A DNA stretch of 36,643 bases, taken from positions 1 through 36,643 of the forward strand of contig JBEKKG010000001.1 of NCBI GenBank assembly GCA_050010835.1, in the 5' to 3' direction. Below, one piece after another: positions 1-7,402 of the stretch; position 1 is the stretch's first letter, and every line of letters starts with the position of its first letter. The notes beneath the pieces are model-generated. The model worked only from the letters and a program-made list of their open reading frames with translations. It was not told where the DNA came from and ran no database searches. This DNA is from Planctomycetota bacterium (GTDB lineage: Bacteria; Planctomycetota; SZUA-567; H5-PLA8). Both the position numbers and the translations under genes were made by a program.

Positions 1-1
1 C

Positions 2-121
2 TGCTGGCGTTCCGCGCGCTCAGGCGTGAGCCATATCGATTTTGGTTTCGGCGGATCGACCACGGACGAGATGCTGACCACGATGAAGCGGTTCCACGAC
101 GAGGTTTTGGCGCGGACCTGA
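2..121 (+). CDS. 3' end of an upstream gene (partial, runs off the left edge); the tail resembles C-termini of luciferase-like (LLM) flavin oxidoreductases
   Basis: The frame is open from the window edge to TGA at 119-121. Translation: ...GVSHIDFGFGGSTTDEMLTTMKRFHDEVLART*. The family guess rests only on recall of similar tails. Confidence 0.25.
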   Translation, partial: CWRSARSGVSHIDFGFGGSTTDEMLTTMKRFHDEVLART

Positions 122-165
122 CGAGCCGTGCGTACAGCCAGCGCTACCACGCGCTCATCACCTTC

Positions 166-633
166 GTGAAGAACAAGGGCAACATCGTCTGCATCCCCAC
201 CGCGGCCGGCCCGGGCGACAAGCGCGACCTCTTCAAGTTCCTCCAAGAGGGACGCAAAGAGGGCGTGGTCTTCAAGCTGCGCGACGCGCCGTACATGCCC
301 GGCCGTCCCAGCAGCGGTGGCACCCAGCTCAAGCACAAGTTCTACGCCACGGCTTCCTGCATCGTGGCCAAAGTCAATGACAAGCGCAGCATCGCGCTGG
401 AAGTGTTCGCCAACAAGAAGGAGCGGATTGAGGCTGGCAACGTCACCATCCCGCCCAACCAGCCCATCCCCAAGGAAGGCGCCGTAGTGGAAGTCAGATA
501 CCTCTACGCCTACAAGGAAAGCGGCCGCCTCTACCAGCCCACATACCTGGGTGTGCGCGACGACATCGAACCGCGCGCCTGCACCACTGCCCAAATCAAG
601 TACCGCACGCCCAGCGAAGAAGACGAGGCGTAG
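166..633 (+). CDS. ATP-dependent DNA ligase fragment with nucleotidyltransferase motifs IV-V and the OB fold (motif VI) only; the KxDG adenylation motif is absent
   Basis: EGVVFKLRDAPYMPGRPSSGGTQLKHKF matches motif IV (EGxVxK) and motif V (LKxK). YQPTYLGVRDDIEP is motif VI-like. The ORF starts right after the stop of the preceding gene, leaving no room for motifs I-III. Confidence 0.6.
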   Translation: MKNKGNIVCIPTAAGPGDKRDLFKFLQEGRKEGVVFKLRDAPYMPGRPSSGGTQLKHKFYATASCIVAKVNDKRSIALEVFANKKERIEAGNVTIPPNQPIPKEGAVVEVRYLYAYKESGRLYQPTYLGVRDDIEPRACTTAQIKYRTPSEEDEA

Positions 634-690
634 CGCCACAACAAACCAGGAACAAGCATCTCCCATCTCTCAAACTAGAAAGGAAAACCG

Positions 691-1455
691 ATGGCAACCA
701 AGACCAAAGCCTGCAAGCCCAGCGCCACTGCACAGGACCAGCAGGCCGAAGTACCGCCGCCGCCTGAACCGGCCGAAATCACCGGCCAGGACCTCAAGCG
801 GGTAGCGTTGTGTACGAACAACTCGCCCCAACGCTGGACTCTCAACTACATCGAACTCAGCCCCCTCGGCCTCGCCGCTACCAACGGCAGGCTGCTGTGC
901 GTCCTCAACGCGCCAGGCTGGCCGTACCAGTGCTACCTCGAACCCAGGAGCCTCAAGGGCGTCCCCAACGACGCCAAGCTCGCCATCAACGGCGCAGTGC
1001 AGTTCGTCGGCCGCGGGCAAACCATGATGGTCGTCCCTCACGAAAACCCTGACCAGGTCACGTTCCCGAAGTGGCAGTCCATCCTGCCAGAAGCCTGCAA
1101 TATGCAGCCCCTCGCCACCCTGAACGCCTCGCTCCTGCGCACGCTGGTCTCGGCATTGCTGCGCACGCCGGACAGCAGCCTCACACTCTATGCCAAGCCC
1201 GATGACTGCCTCTCACCGGTGATGCTCGTCAACGAAGCCGGCGACCTCGGGCTTATGATGCCGGTCATGCAAGACGAAGGCCGCGAGCCGCTGTGCTACT
1301 TCCCCACGACCGTATATCAAGCCCTGCGGCTGGACACAAAGACGTTGCCGGCGGTATTCATCCCCAGGACTCCTAAAGTTATGCCAGCACCTTCCGCCAA
1401 TGGCCCGGCCCCTACCTCTTCCTCCGGCAACGGCGGCGGATCATTGCTGGGCTAA
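691..1455 (+). CDS. DNA polymerase III beta-clamp (DnaN)-like domain protein, shorter than a full clamp
   Basis: LAATNGRLLCVL, FPKWQSILPE and LGLMMPVMQDE parallel the DnaN signatures ATDGHRLA, FPDYRRVLP and YVVMPMRL. AAAGGAAA lies upstream of ATG 691. The tail is Pro/Ser/Gly-rich. Confidence 0.5.
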   Translation: MATKTKACKPSATAQDQQAEVPPPPEPAEITGQDLKRVALCTNNSPQRWTLNYIELSPLGLAATNGRLLCVLNAPGWPYQCYLEPRSLKGVPNDAKLAINGAVQFVGRGQTMMVVPHENPDQVTFPKWQSILPEACNMQPLATLNASLLRTLVSALLRTPDSSLTLYAKPDDCLSPVMLVNEAGDLGLMMPVMQDEGREPLCYFPTTVYQALRLDTKTLPAVFIPRTPKVMPAPSANGPAPTSSSGNGGGSLLG

Positions 1456-1527
1456 TCCTGGAGCACCAGGCGCTCTCCTCACCAAGTGGAGGAGAGCGCC
1501 CCGCGGCGCACTCATCCGGAGGACAAA

Positions 1528-1818
1528 ATGAAACTACTGACCAAGGAGCTGCGGGCCAAGCTCCCGCCGCTGTACAGTTGCGAGAAGGACAAAGACCCCG
1601 TCGCCGTCGCAAAGTTTTTTCACCCTATGAGTCAGTGGACTTGGTACGCAACCGAGTTCGATGGCGAAGACCTGTTCTTCGGTCTGGTCATCGGTCATGA
1701 ACGCGAGCTCGGCTACTTTTCGCTGAAGGAGCTTGAGTCCATCGGCAAGAACGGGAAGACGTTGCCTATCGAGCGCGACCTACACTTCAAGCCCACGCCG
1801 CTGAGCCAGTGTGACTGA
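1528..1818 (+). CDS. DUF2958-family protein (common on plasmids/ICEs)
   Basis: [59 protein letters not shown] matches the remembered DUF2958 consensus. GGAGG lies 5 nt before ATG 1528, so the ORF-track start at 1486 is probably too early. Confidence 0.75.
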   Translation: MKLLTKELRAKLPPLYSCEKDKDPVAVAKFFHPMSQWTWYATEFDGEDLFFGLVIGHERELGYFSLKELESIGKNGKTLPIERDLHFKPTPLSQCD

Positions 1819-1884
1819 GGCCCGGCAAGGTCCGACAACACAATTCGGCATTCGTTTCATTCATCTTCTTTGCAGGGAGCTACC

Positions 1885-2226
1885 ATGCCATCGCAAACAG
1901 TCAGTAATCATCGTGGCGCGCTGGACACCAACGAAGCGGTGTTGCGCCGGTATCCACGCATCTGCGCGCACCTCATTTGTGAGAGCCTGGGGTATGCGAC
2001 GCCGACGGTTGCAGCGTCTATCCTGCGCGCAGCTATTCACAAACAACAGCACTTCTGCGAGTGGCTGATGAGCTGCTACCAGTGCAACCCAGTCGTCCCC
2101 GTAACCCGCGCCATCCGCTACCGCAGCCACCATCGCGGTTACATGAGCGAATATGAAACGGCCATCCGGCTCGTGCGCGAAGCAATCCAGAGCGGCAACG
2201 AGCCGATTTTTGCATCCTGGTTCTAG
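1885..2226 (+). CDS. Hypothetical protein
   Basis: It is co-directional with the neighbouring operon, and GGGAG lies 5 nt upstream of ATG 1885. I recognise no motif. A competing antisense ORF (1861-2262) is judged a GC-shadow. Confidence 0.4.
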   Translation: MPSQTVSNHRGALDTNEAVLRRYPRICAHLICESLGYATPTVAASILRAAIHKQQHFCEWLMSCYQCNPVVPVTRAIRYRSHHRGYMSEYETAIRLVREAIQSGNEPIFASWF

Positions 2227-2371
2227 CTTAACTCTAGTTAAGCATCCCAGTCGTTCCATCAAGCAGGCAACACCGGGCAGGCACGCCGACTGATCCGTGG
2301 CAGCGCTGTCGCGGCGGCGTGTTGGCCCAAGGAAGACCGTGCCCTGAAAAAGGGCGGGAAGGAGTAGCAGT

Positions 2372-2599
2372 ATGGCAGTCTCAATTCGTCATGGCGTGAA
2401 CACCATCAACGCCGACAGTGTCGCGGGCAGGACCATCGCCGAAATCCGCGAGCAGGCCGCCGAGATCCTCAACGTCCCGGATAACGCGCAAGTGCGCGTC
2501 AACGGTTCGCCCGCGGCGGAAGACGCGGTGGTCGCGGACGGCGCCACCGTCGAGTTCGTCAAGGTCGCCGGCGAGAAAGGCGCCGAAGCCAACGCCTAA
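2372..2599 (+). CDS. Ubiquitin-like beta-grasp protein (ThiS/MoaD-like; PRTRC protein C-like)
   Basis: The 75-aa product contains ...VRVNGSPAAEDAVVADGATVEFVKVAGEKG-AEANA, typical of small beta-grasp Ubls with a Gly near the C-terminus. A strong RBS (GGAAGGAG) is present. It sits directly upstream of the E2-like, JAB and E1-like genes. Confidence 0.7.
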   Translation: MAVSIRHGVNTINADSVAGRTIAEIREQAAEILNVPDNAQVRVNGSPAAEDAVVADGATVEFVKVAGEKGAEANA

Positions 2600-2713
2600 G
2601 AAGTCCGCAGTAGCCATGTACTCTGTGCGGGAGGTGCCGTGTATCGCCACAACGATGCGGGCCCTCCCGCGCTTGTCACCACACCAAGACCAACGAAAGG
2701 GAGAAACCCCGTC

Positions 2714-3436
2714 ATGCCTGCCAAGACAACCGCCGCACCCGAGACACACAGCCTGGTCATCGAAGGCAACCTGGTCCGCTTCACCAAGACCATCGTCGAA
2801 CGCCAAGTACGCACCAGCGACTTGCTGACTGAACTGGGCCGCATGCAACCGCTGGACACCGGCCTCTTGCCCCGCGGCTGCATTGCATTCTCGCGCTGCA
2901 ATGACAGCCGCAACCAAGTACACGCGCTCTATGCAATCGAACGCCCCGCCGGCTTGGTCTGCATTCGCTACAAGAAAGCGGGCAGCCAGGAAGAACAGAA
3001 GGACGACAACATCATTTCGTTGACACTCTCCTGGCCGCACACCATTTGGCTCGTCCACTGGACAGGACCCGCCATCAGCGACCTGTACGTGTGCTGTGCC
3101 AAGGCGCCGATACAGAGCCTCGAGGACGCCATCTTCGTCCTGCCCATGCCCAACATCTACGACAGCGGCCATGCCGGAGTGTGTCTGGGAAACCTAACGC
3201 TCCCAGATGCGAGCAGCCCCAACATCCGCTCCGTCTTCCTGATTGAGACGGTGCTCACGTCCTTGTGGAACATTGACCTGCAGCCGGATTATGAACCCCT
3301 GGGCTTCAAGTCTCTAGAAGAATGGGCGGAGCGCAGCGCGGCAGACGGACAATTCGGGCTCAGCCTGGACTACAAGCCGCACCACGCCAACACCTTGGGC
3401 AATCTCATGGCCACCATTCTAGGGGAACCGGCGTGA
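2714..3436 (+). CDS. E2 (UBC)-like protein with a candidate catalytic Cys (PRTRC protein B-like)
   Basis: MPNIYDSGHAGVCLGNL resembles the eukaryotic E2 HPN...G-x-ICL active-site stretch (Cys codon at 3182-3184). AAGGGAGA lies upstream of ATG 2714. Position is between the Ubl and the JAB gene. Confidence 0.6.
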   Translation: MPAKTTAAPETHSLVIEGNLVRFTKTIVERQVRTSDLLTELGRMQPLDTGLLPRGCIAFSRCNDSRNQVHALYAIERPAGLVCIRYKKAGSQEEQKDDNIISLTLSWPHTIWLVHWTGPAISDLYVCCAKAPIQSLEDAIFVLPMPNIYDSGHAGVCLGNLTLPDASSPNIRSVFLIETVLTSLWNIDLQPDYEPLGFKSLEEWAERSAADGQFGLSLDYKPHHANTLGNLMATILGEPA

Positions 3437-3545
3437 ACCCAAGCGCCCACAGAAGTACCGCCATTACCTGCAGGAAATGCGCGAGGAACTGCGCACGCAG
3501 ATGCGCTAAGTGGATGTCGCATTTCATGGAAAAGGACTGCGAATC

Positions 3546-3722
3546 ATGACTCAAAGGACGATCATCCGCCTGCAGCAAACACGCCCCAAGTGCCGCTGTG
3601 GCCGGCTTGCCGACCGCTTCTTGCACGGCAGTTGGGTCTGTCTCTGCTGCCACCCTTTCAAGCGCCCAAGAAAGAATCGTGAGCCCTGCCGCACCGCGCC
3701 GGGACGCTCGGCGACATCGTGA
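3546..3722 (+). CDS. Possible small zinc-ribbon protein
   Basis: MTQRTIIRLQQTRPKCRCGRLADRFLHGSWVCLCCHPF... carries CxC...CxCC cysteines, and AAAGGA lies upstream. It fills the 3437-3744 gap, but it is short and in GC-rich sequence, so support is weak. Confidence 0.25.
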   Translation: MTQRTIIRLQQTRPKCRCGRLADRFLHGSWVCLCCHPFKRPRKNREPCRTAPGRSATS

Positions 3723-3744
3723 CCACCCTTCTGGGAGAAACATC

Positions 3745-4113
3745 GTGAACCCCAAAATGCACAAGACCATTCTGGCCGCGCTCAACCGCTGCCGCAACAT
3801 CACCCCGACAACTCTCGACGATTTCCTCGGACCGCTTCTGGACCGCGACCCCGACGATCTCGCCCGTCTGCCTGGCACGCCCGGCACTGTTCTGGCCGCG
3901 CAGTTCACCTGCTACGCCAAGAGCAGCGTCAGCCTGTCAGAGGTGCTGCGCCGCCAAATGGAACAAGCCGGCAAACTCACTGACGCGCTCTGGCGCATCC
4001 CCGCGCCCAAGCAAACACAACCCCAAAACAACCAGACTGAGGAGGCAAACCGTGATCCCGATTCTCTGCCTGACCAAAAACAGTGCCTCGCCTGCGCTGC
4101 TCAGTGCGCCTGA
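3745..4113 (+). CDS. Hypothetical protein, a cassette-internal gene between the E2-like and JAB genes
   Basis: GGGAGA lies 5 nt before GTG 3745, and an in-frame ATG at 3757 is an alternative start. The ORF-track start at 3598 gives an implausible N-terminus. I recognise no motif. Confidence 0.4.
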   Translation: MNPKMHKTILAALNRCRNITPTTLDDFLGPLLDRDPDDLARLPGTPGTVLAAQFTCYAKSSVSLSEVLRRQMEQAGKLTDALWRIPAPKQTQPQNNQTEEANRDPDSLPDQKQCLACAAQCA

Positions 4114-4888
4114 CCGCGCCGGCGACTCGCGCAGCCCGCCCAATGGCATCCATTACCTGCTGGCCAAGAGTGGCATCTACAAGGAAGTCAAGAACGCTTT
4201 CTATTCGGCGCGCGTCAAGGTCAACGGCATCAGCCACCTTGAAGACACCAAGGACAGCGTGGAACTGCACGTTCCCAAGCTGCCGCTTGTCCTGTTACGG
4301 CAAGCGGAAGCATTCTTTGTCGCCGCGTACAACCGATACCACTCCGAAGCAGTCGTGGTCTTGCTCGTAAGCCCGGCCAGCGGCCAGTGGCGCCTGGAGG
4401 TCCCTGACCAGAAGGTCGAAGGCGGAAGTCTTCACGTCGCCTATGACCCGACATCCGTGGCTGTGCCCGGGGGATTTGAAATCTTCGGCACTATCCACTC
4501 CCACGCCAGCGCCGGCGCGTTCCATTCCAGCACCGACGACCGCGACGAAGCGTGCAGCGACGGCCTGCACATCACCGTAGGCAATGTGGACAAGCCCATC
4601 CACAGCTATGCTGCCCGTTGGATGATCTGCGGCCAGGCTTTCCCGGCGGAGATCGAGGCTGTCGTAGAAACGCCTGCTTTGCCGGCAATTGACCCTGCCT
4701 GGCTGGAGAAAATCCACGAGGCTTGCCTGCCTCCGTTCGAGGTAGAGAACCTCTGGGGTGACGGTCCCGCGCGCGGGATTGACATGCCAGGAATTGATCC
4801 CGACATCCCGGACGAAATGCAGGCCGAGTACGAAGACTTTATGTGGGACGCCCACCAGCGCTTCGTTGACCGCCTGCCGCGACGTTGA
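4052..4888 (+). CDS. JAB/MPN (JAMM) metallopeptidase (PRTRC protein A-like)
   Basis: An exact JAMM motif HSHASAGAFHSSTD (H-x-H-x7-S-x2-D) spans 4496-4537, with upstream Glu candidates. GAGGAGG lies 6 nt before GTG 4052. Confidence 0.8.
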   Translation: MIPILCLTKNSASPALLSAPDRAGDSRSPPNGIHYLLAKSGIYKEVKNAFYSARVKVNGISHLEDTKDSVELHVPKLPLVLLRQAEAFFVAAYNRYHSEAVVVLLVSPASGQWRLEVPDQKVEGGSLHVAYDPTSVAVPGGFEIFGTIHSHASAGAFHSSTDDRDEACSDGLHITVGNVDKPIHSYAARWMICGQAFPAEIEAVVETPALPAIDPAWLEKIHEACLPPFEVENLWGDGPARGIDMPGIDPDIPDEMQAEYEDFMWDAHQRFVDRLPRR

Positions 4889-4986
4889 CACTTAAGCATC
4901 TCTCTCCCTGTGGGAGAGGGAAGGGTGAGGGCGTTCTTCACCTTGGCTCTTTCACATCACAATTCTCATTCATGGAGGCACAACGC

Positions 4987-5754
4987 ATGTTGAACTTCGT
5001 TCAGCACATAGTAGTCATCGGGCTGGGCGGCATCGGTACGTGGTTTGTGACGCCGTTCGCACGTTTCCTGCACGAACAGCGCTTCGGCGGCGAACTGGTC
5101 ATGGCCGACGGCGACACCTTCTCCGCGCTCAACGCCCATCGCCAGGACATGGAAGCCACGGACCTGGGCAAGCACAAAGCCGCCGCCCTGGCCGAACGCT
5201 TGAGCCGGACTATGCCCGGTCTGCACATACGCACCTTTACCGAGTACGTCACAGCCGACAACGCCGCCCAAGTGGTGAAAGAGAAGTCCCTAGCGATCGT
5301 CGCGGTGGACAATCATCCGGCCCGCGCCACTGTTGCCCGGCACGCCGCCAGCTTGAATGACGTGTGCGTGCTCTCAGCGGGCAACGAGAAATACGACGGC
5401 AACGTACACGTGTATCTACGCCGCGCCGGCAAGGATCTATGCACCTCGCTCTTGGAACGGCATCCTGAGATTGCCAAGAGCCGCAGCGGCGACCGCGCCA
5501 CGTTGGGCTGCGATGAGCTTATCACTCTGGGCCAGCCGCAGTTGCTTGTGACCAACTTCCTGGCCGCCACAGCCCTTCTGGTCGCGTTTCATGCTCTCTG
5601 GGACAGGGATGCCCTCCGCAGATCGCGCGTGAACCGGCCGTCCGGACTGCCCCAGGAGATTTTCTTCGACGTGCGTGCCCAGGCCATGACGGCCATCGCT
5701 ACGCCGATACAGCACGAAGTCCCATTGCCTGTACCTGCAGCCATCGCCAACTGA
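4987..5754 (+). CDS. ThiF/MoeB-family E1-like adenylyltransferase (PRTRC ThiF-family protein)
   Basis: It has a Rossmann motif VVIGLGGIGTW, followed by DGDTFSALNAHRQ and VAVDNHPAR as in ThiF/E1 adenylation domains. GGAGG lies 8 nt before ATG 4987. No CxxC zinc pairs are seen. Confidence 0.8.
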   Translation: MLNFVQHIVVIGLGGIGTWFVTPFARFLHEQRFGGELVMADGDTFSALNAHRQDMEATDLGKHKAAALAERLSRTMPGLHIRTFTEYVTADNAAQVVKEKSLAIVAVDNHPARATVARHAASLNDVCVLSAGNEKYDGNVHVYLRRAGKDLCTSLLERHPEIAKSRSGDRATLGCDELITLGQPQLLVTNFLAATALLVAFHALWDRDALRRSRVNRPSGLPQEIFFDVRAQAMTAIATPIQHEVPLPVPAAIAN

Positions 5755-5829
5755 CCGCACCGGCCTGTTCAACGTGGTGCCCGGATCAATTACGGCCGGG
5801 CACCAATGTTCAATTGTGGAGACATCCTC

Positions 5830-6582
5830 ATGCCTGTTTGCTTGCTTTGCCCTGAGCGCTTGACAACAATCAATGAAGTGCCGGACGACTGCAGTGAGAC
5901 CCTTGATGTTAAAGACCGGCGAGACGACTACTACAGCGAGGACGGAGACGGCGTGTGGGTTGGCGCTTACCTGGAATTCCTCGAAGAACTCGTCCGCGCG
6001 CGCTGCCACGAGCCTGACTTCCGCTTCTCCGATTATGACTGCGTAAGCCAGGACGTTCTGGACGAGATTGACGACCGCTATACTCGCAGACTGATCATTG
6101 CGTTCACCAACGAACACTATGAGCCCTGGCGCGACAAGGACGTCACTTTGCCCAACTACGACGATGTACGCTCTGACTGCCGGGATTTCTGCGATGACTG
6201 CGATAGCGGATGGACAGAGATCCACGGTGAATACGACGGCCCCTTGGCTGAGGATGTCGAGAAGGACGAGGACGAAAACGAGGCGGGTATCTCTGAGGAG
6301 GAACGAGCCGCGCGCCATCGGCGCAACCTTGAGCGCCGGCGCGAACGCGAACGGCGACGCCAGGCACAGGAAGACGCTGAAAGCGAAATTGTGGACCGTG
6401 AACTAAACTGCGACGACGAGTGTGACTCGTTCTACGAGCACCTTTCAGACATCTTCAGGGAGCGCGTTGATTTAGACCTGAAAGCCCTCAAACAACGCTG
6501 GGAAGCCTTCCTGGAAGACGCCGGCGAGTCAGTGATGCCTGAACTACAGCCTCAGCCACGCTTTCTGCACCGTCCACCTTGA
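5830..6582 (+). CDS. Highly acidic, Cys-rich protein with a central Arg/Glu helix (function unknown)
   Basis: It has long D/E runs (DDYYSEDGDG, EDVEKDEDENE), Cys clusters (CRDFCDDCDSGW, NCDDECDS) and ERRRERERRRQAQED. GGAGA lies 8 nt before ATG 5830. The antisense ORF 5437-6318 is judged a shadow. Confidence 0.6.
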   Translation: MPVCLLCPERLTTINEVPDDCSETLDVKDRRDDYYSEDGDGVWVGAYLEFLEELVRARCHEPDFRFSDYDCVSQDVLDEIDDRYTRRLIIAFTNEHYEPWRDKDVTLPNYDDVRSDCRDFCDDCDSGWTEIHGEYDGPLAEDVEKDEDENEAGISEEERAARHRRNLERRRERERRRQAQEDAESEIVDRELNCDDECDSFYEHLSDIFRERVDLDLKALKQRWEAFLEDAGESVMPELQPQPRFLHRPP

Positions 6583-6713
6583 CCAGATAAGACTGCAGGC
6601 CATGGCCCGTACAGCCCTAAGCCGGCTGACGGGCCATGCGCCTCTGAGGACGCTCGTGAGAAAGTGGCAGGGGCGGTTCTTTCTCTTTGGCCTATTGCTT
6701 TCTATATGGAAAG
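6427..6713. repeat. Direct repeat R1, copy A (3' end of the acidic-protein gene plus ~130 nt of downstream non-coding sequence)
   Basis: Aligned by eye with 7247-7527, identity is roughly four in five positions with one 6-nt gap. Shared blocks include tcgttctacgagcac, ggccatggcccgtacagcc, gaaagtggcaggg and attgctttctatatggaaa. Confidence 0.85.
6601..6638. other. Conserved imperfect hairpin inside R1 copy A
   Basis: catggcccgt-a-cagcc / ctaagcc loop / ggctg-acgggccatg gives 15 paired bases with one bulged A. Confidence 0.7.
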
Positions 6714-6803
6714 GAACTTGTTGGCACCCCGGCCAGCCTGTGTTGGTGGCCGGAATTCAGGCAAAGGCTGATTGGCACGGCGCGTTGTTACCGTGAACCA
6801 ATA

Positions 6804-7193
6804 TCAGTCGATATATCGCCTCAGTTCTGTGAGTAACTCATCATCCCCTGTCGAGGCAGGCTTACGCAAGACTTGGCGTAAAGCAGCCGCGAACTTCATG
6901 CGGTCGCGGCGCAGCGTCCTCTTTACCTTCGCAACACTCCAGCCCAGAGCAAGCCCCGTGTCTTCGTAGTTGGCTTGACCGTTGCTGGCCGAAGCAATGT
7001 GCTGCTCCAGCACGCCTACGTAATCCAGAGGCCCGTGCGCGGCGCATGCTTCATCCATTTGCGCCATTCCGCGCTGCACGGAAACCTGCACCAGTTCGCG
7101 CAGGGCAGCCATTTCCGGAGTCTCGTCCGGCACCTCACCGCCCAGCCTGTCTTCAAGTTCCAAATGTTCAAAGGGGTCTGTCATTGTCATCAC
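6804..7193 (-). CDS. Small protein with a C-terminal sigma-70 region-4-like HTH; N-terminus paralogous to ORF 21262-21657
   Basis: LALGWSVAKVKRTLRRDRMKFAAALRQVL resembles region-4 HTH segments. The N-terminus MTDPFEHLELEDRLGGEVP is shared with the 21.6-kb paralogue. The true start is probably the conserved ATG at 7184. Confidence 0.55.
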   Translation of the reverse strand: MMTMTDPFEHLELEDRLGGEVPDETPEMAALRELVQVSVQRGMAQMDEACAAHGPLDYVGVLEQHIASASNGQANYEDTGLALGWSVAKVKRTLRRDRMKFAAALRQVLRKPASTGDDELLTELRRYID

Positions 7194-7240
7194 CGAGGAT
7201 CGCGTAAGCGGCAGAGTATTTGAGCTTTTCGGAACCGCTG
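7132..7240. repeat. Repeat R2, copy X (first ~17 codons plus ~50 nt of leader of the small minus-strand gene)
   Basis: It aligns by eye with 21596-21705. Shared blocks include agcctgtct, atgttcaaagggg, tctgtcattgt, ataagcgg and agtatttgagctt. Confidence 0.75.
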
Positions 7241-7402
7241 CCCCTTTCGTTCTACGAGCACGTTCCCAACGTCTTCAGGGATCGCGTTGATCTCGACCTC
7301 AAAGCCCGCTGGGAATGCTTCCTGGAAGATGTCGACGAGTCATCCATGCCAGAACTCCAACCCCAGCCACGATTCCTGGAGTGTCCAGCTTATAACCCAT
7401 AG
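7220..7402 (+). pseudogene. Remnant copy of the last ~55 codons of the acidic-protein gene (5830-6582)
   Basis: SFYEHVPNVFRDRVDLDLKARWECFLEDVDESSMPELQPQPRFLE versus SFYEHLSDIFRERVDLDLKALKQRWEAFLEDAGESVMPELQPQPRFLH. The N-terminal ~200 codons are missing. Confidence 0.6.

Noticed and set aside
1-165. Extending the ligase reading frame to the window edge to make an intact ligase.
   Set aside because: The upstream translation in that frame (LLAFRALRREPYRFWFRRIDHGRDADHDEAVPRRGFG) has no ligase motif I or III. Another frame gives a more protein-like gene tail ending at 121.
3435-3509. A helical-looking peptide (EPKRPQKYRHYLQEMREELRTQMR*) in an alternative frame just after the E2-like gene.
   Set aside because: The frame has a stop at 3420-3422, and no ATG, GTG or TTG lies between that stop and the peptide. 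It would need a programmed frameshift, for which I see no slippery site.
4902-4918. A small perfect hairpin (ctctccc-tgt-gggagag) between the JAB and E1 genes, as a possible attenuator.
   Set aside because: It has only 7 bp and no U-tract. It could arise by chance, and I have no way to support a function from sequence alone.
6598-6640. Reading the bulged hairpins as integron attC sites, so that the region would be a gene-cassette array.
   Set aside because: The window has no integron integrase and no attI, the array-like periodicity rests on only two copies, and the flanking genes are not promoterless cassettes. I kept it only as a generic structured-element observation.
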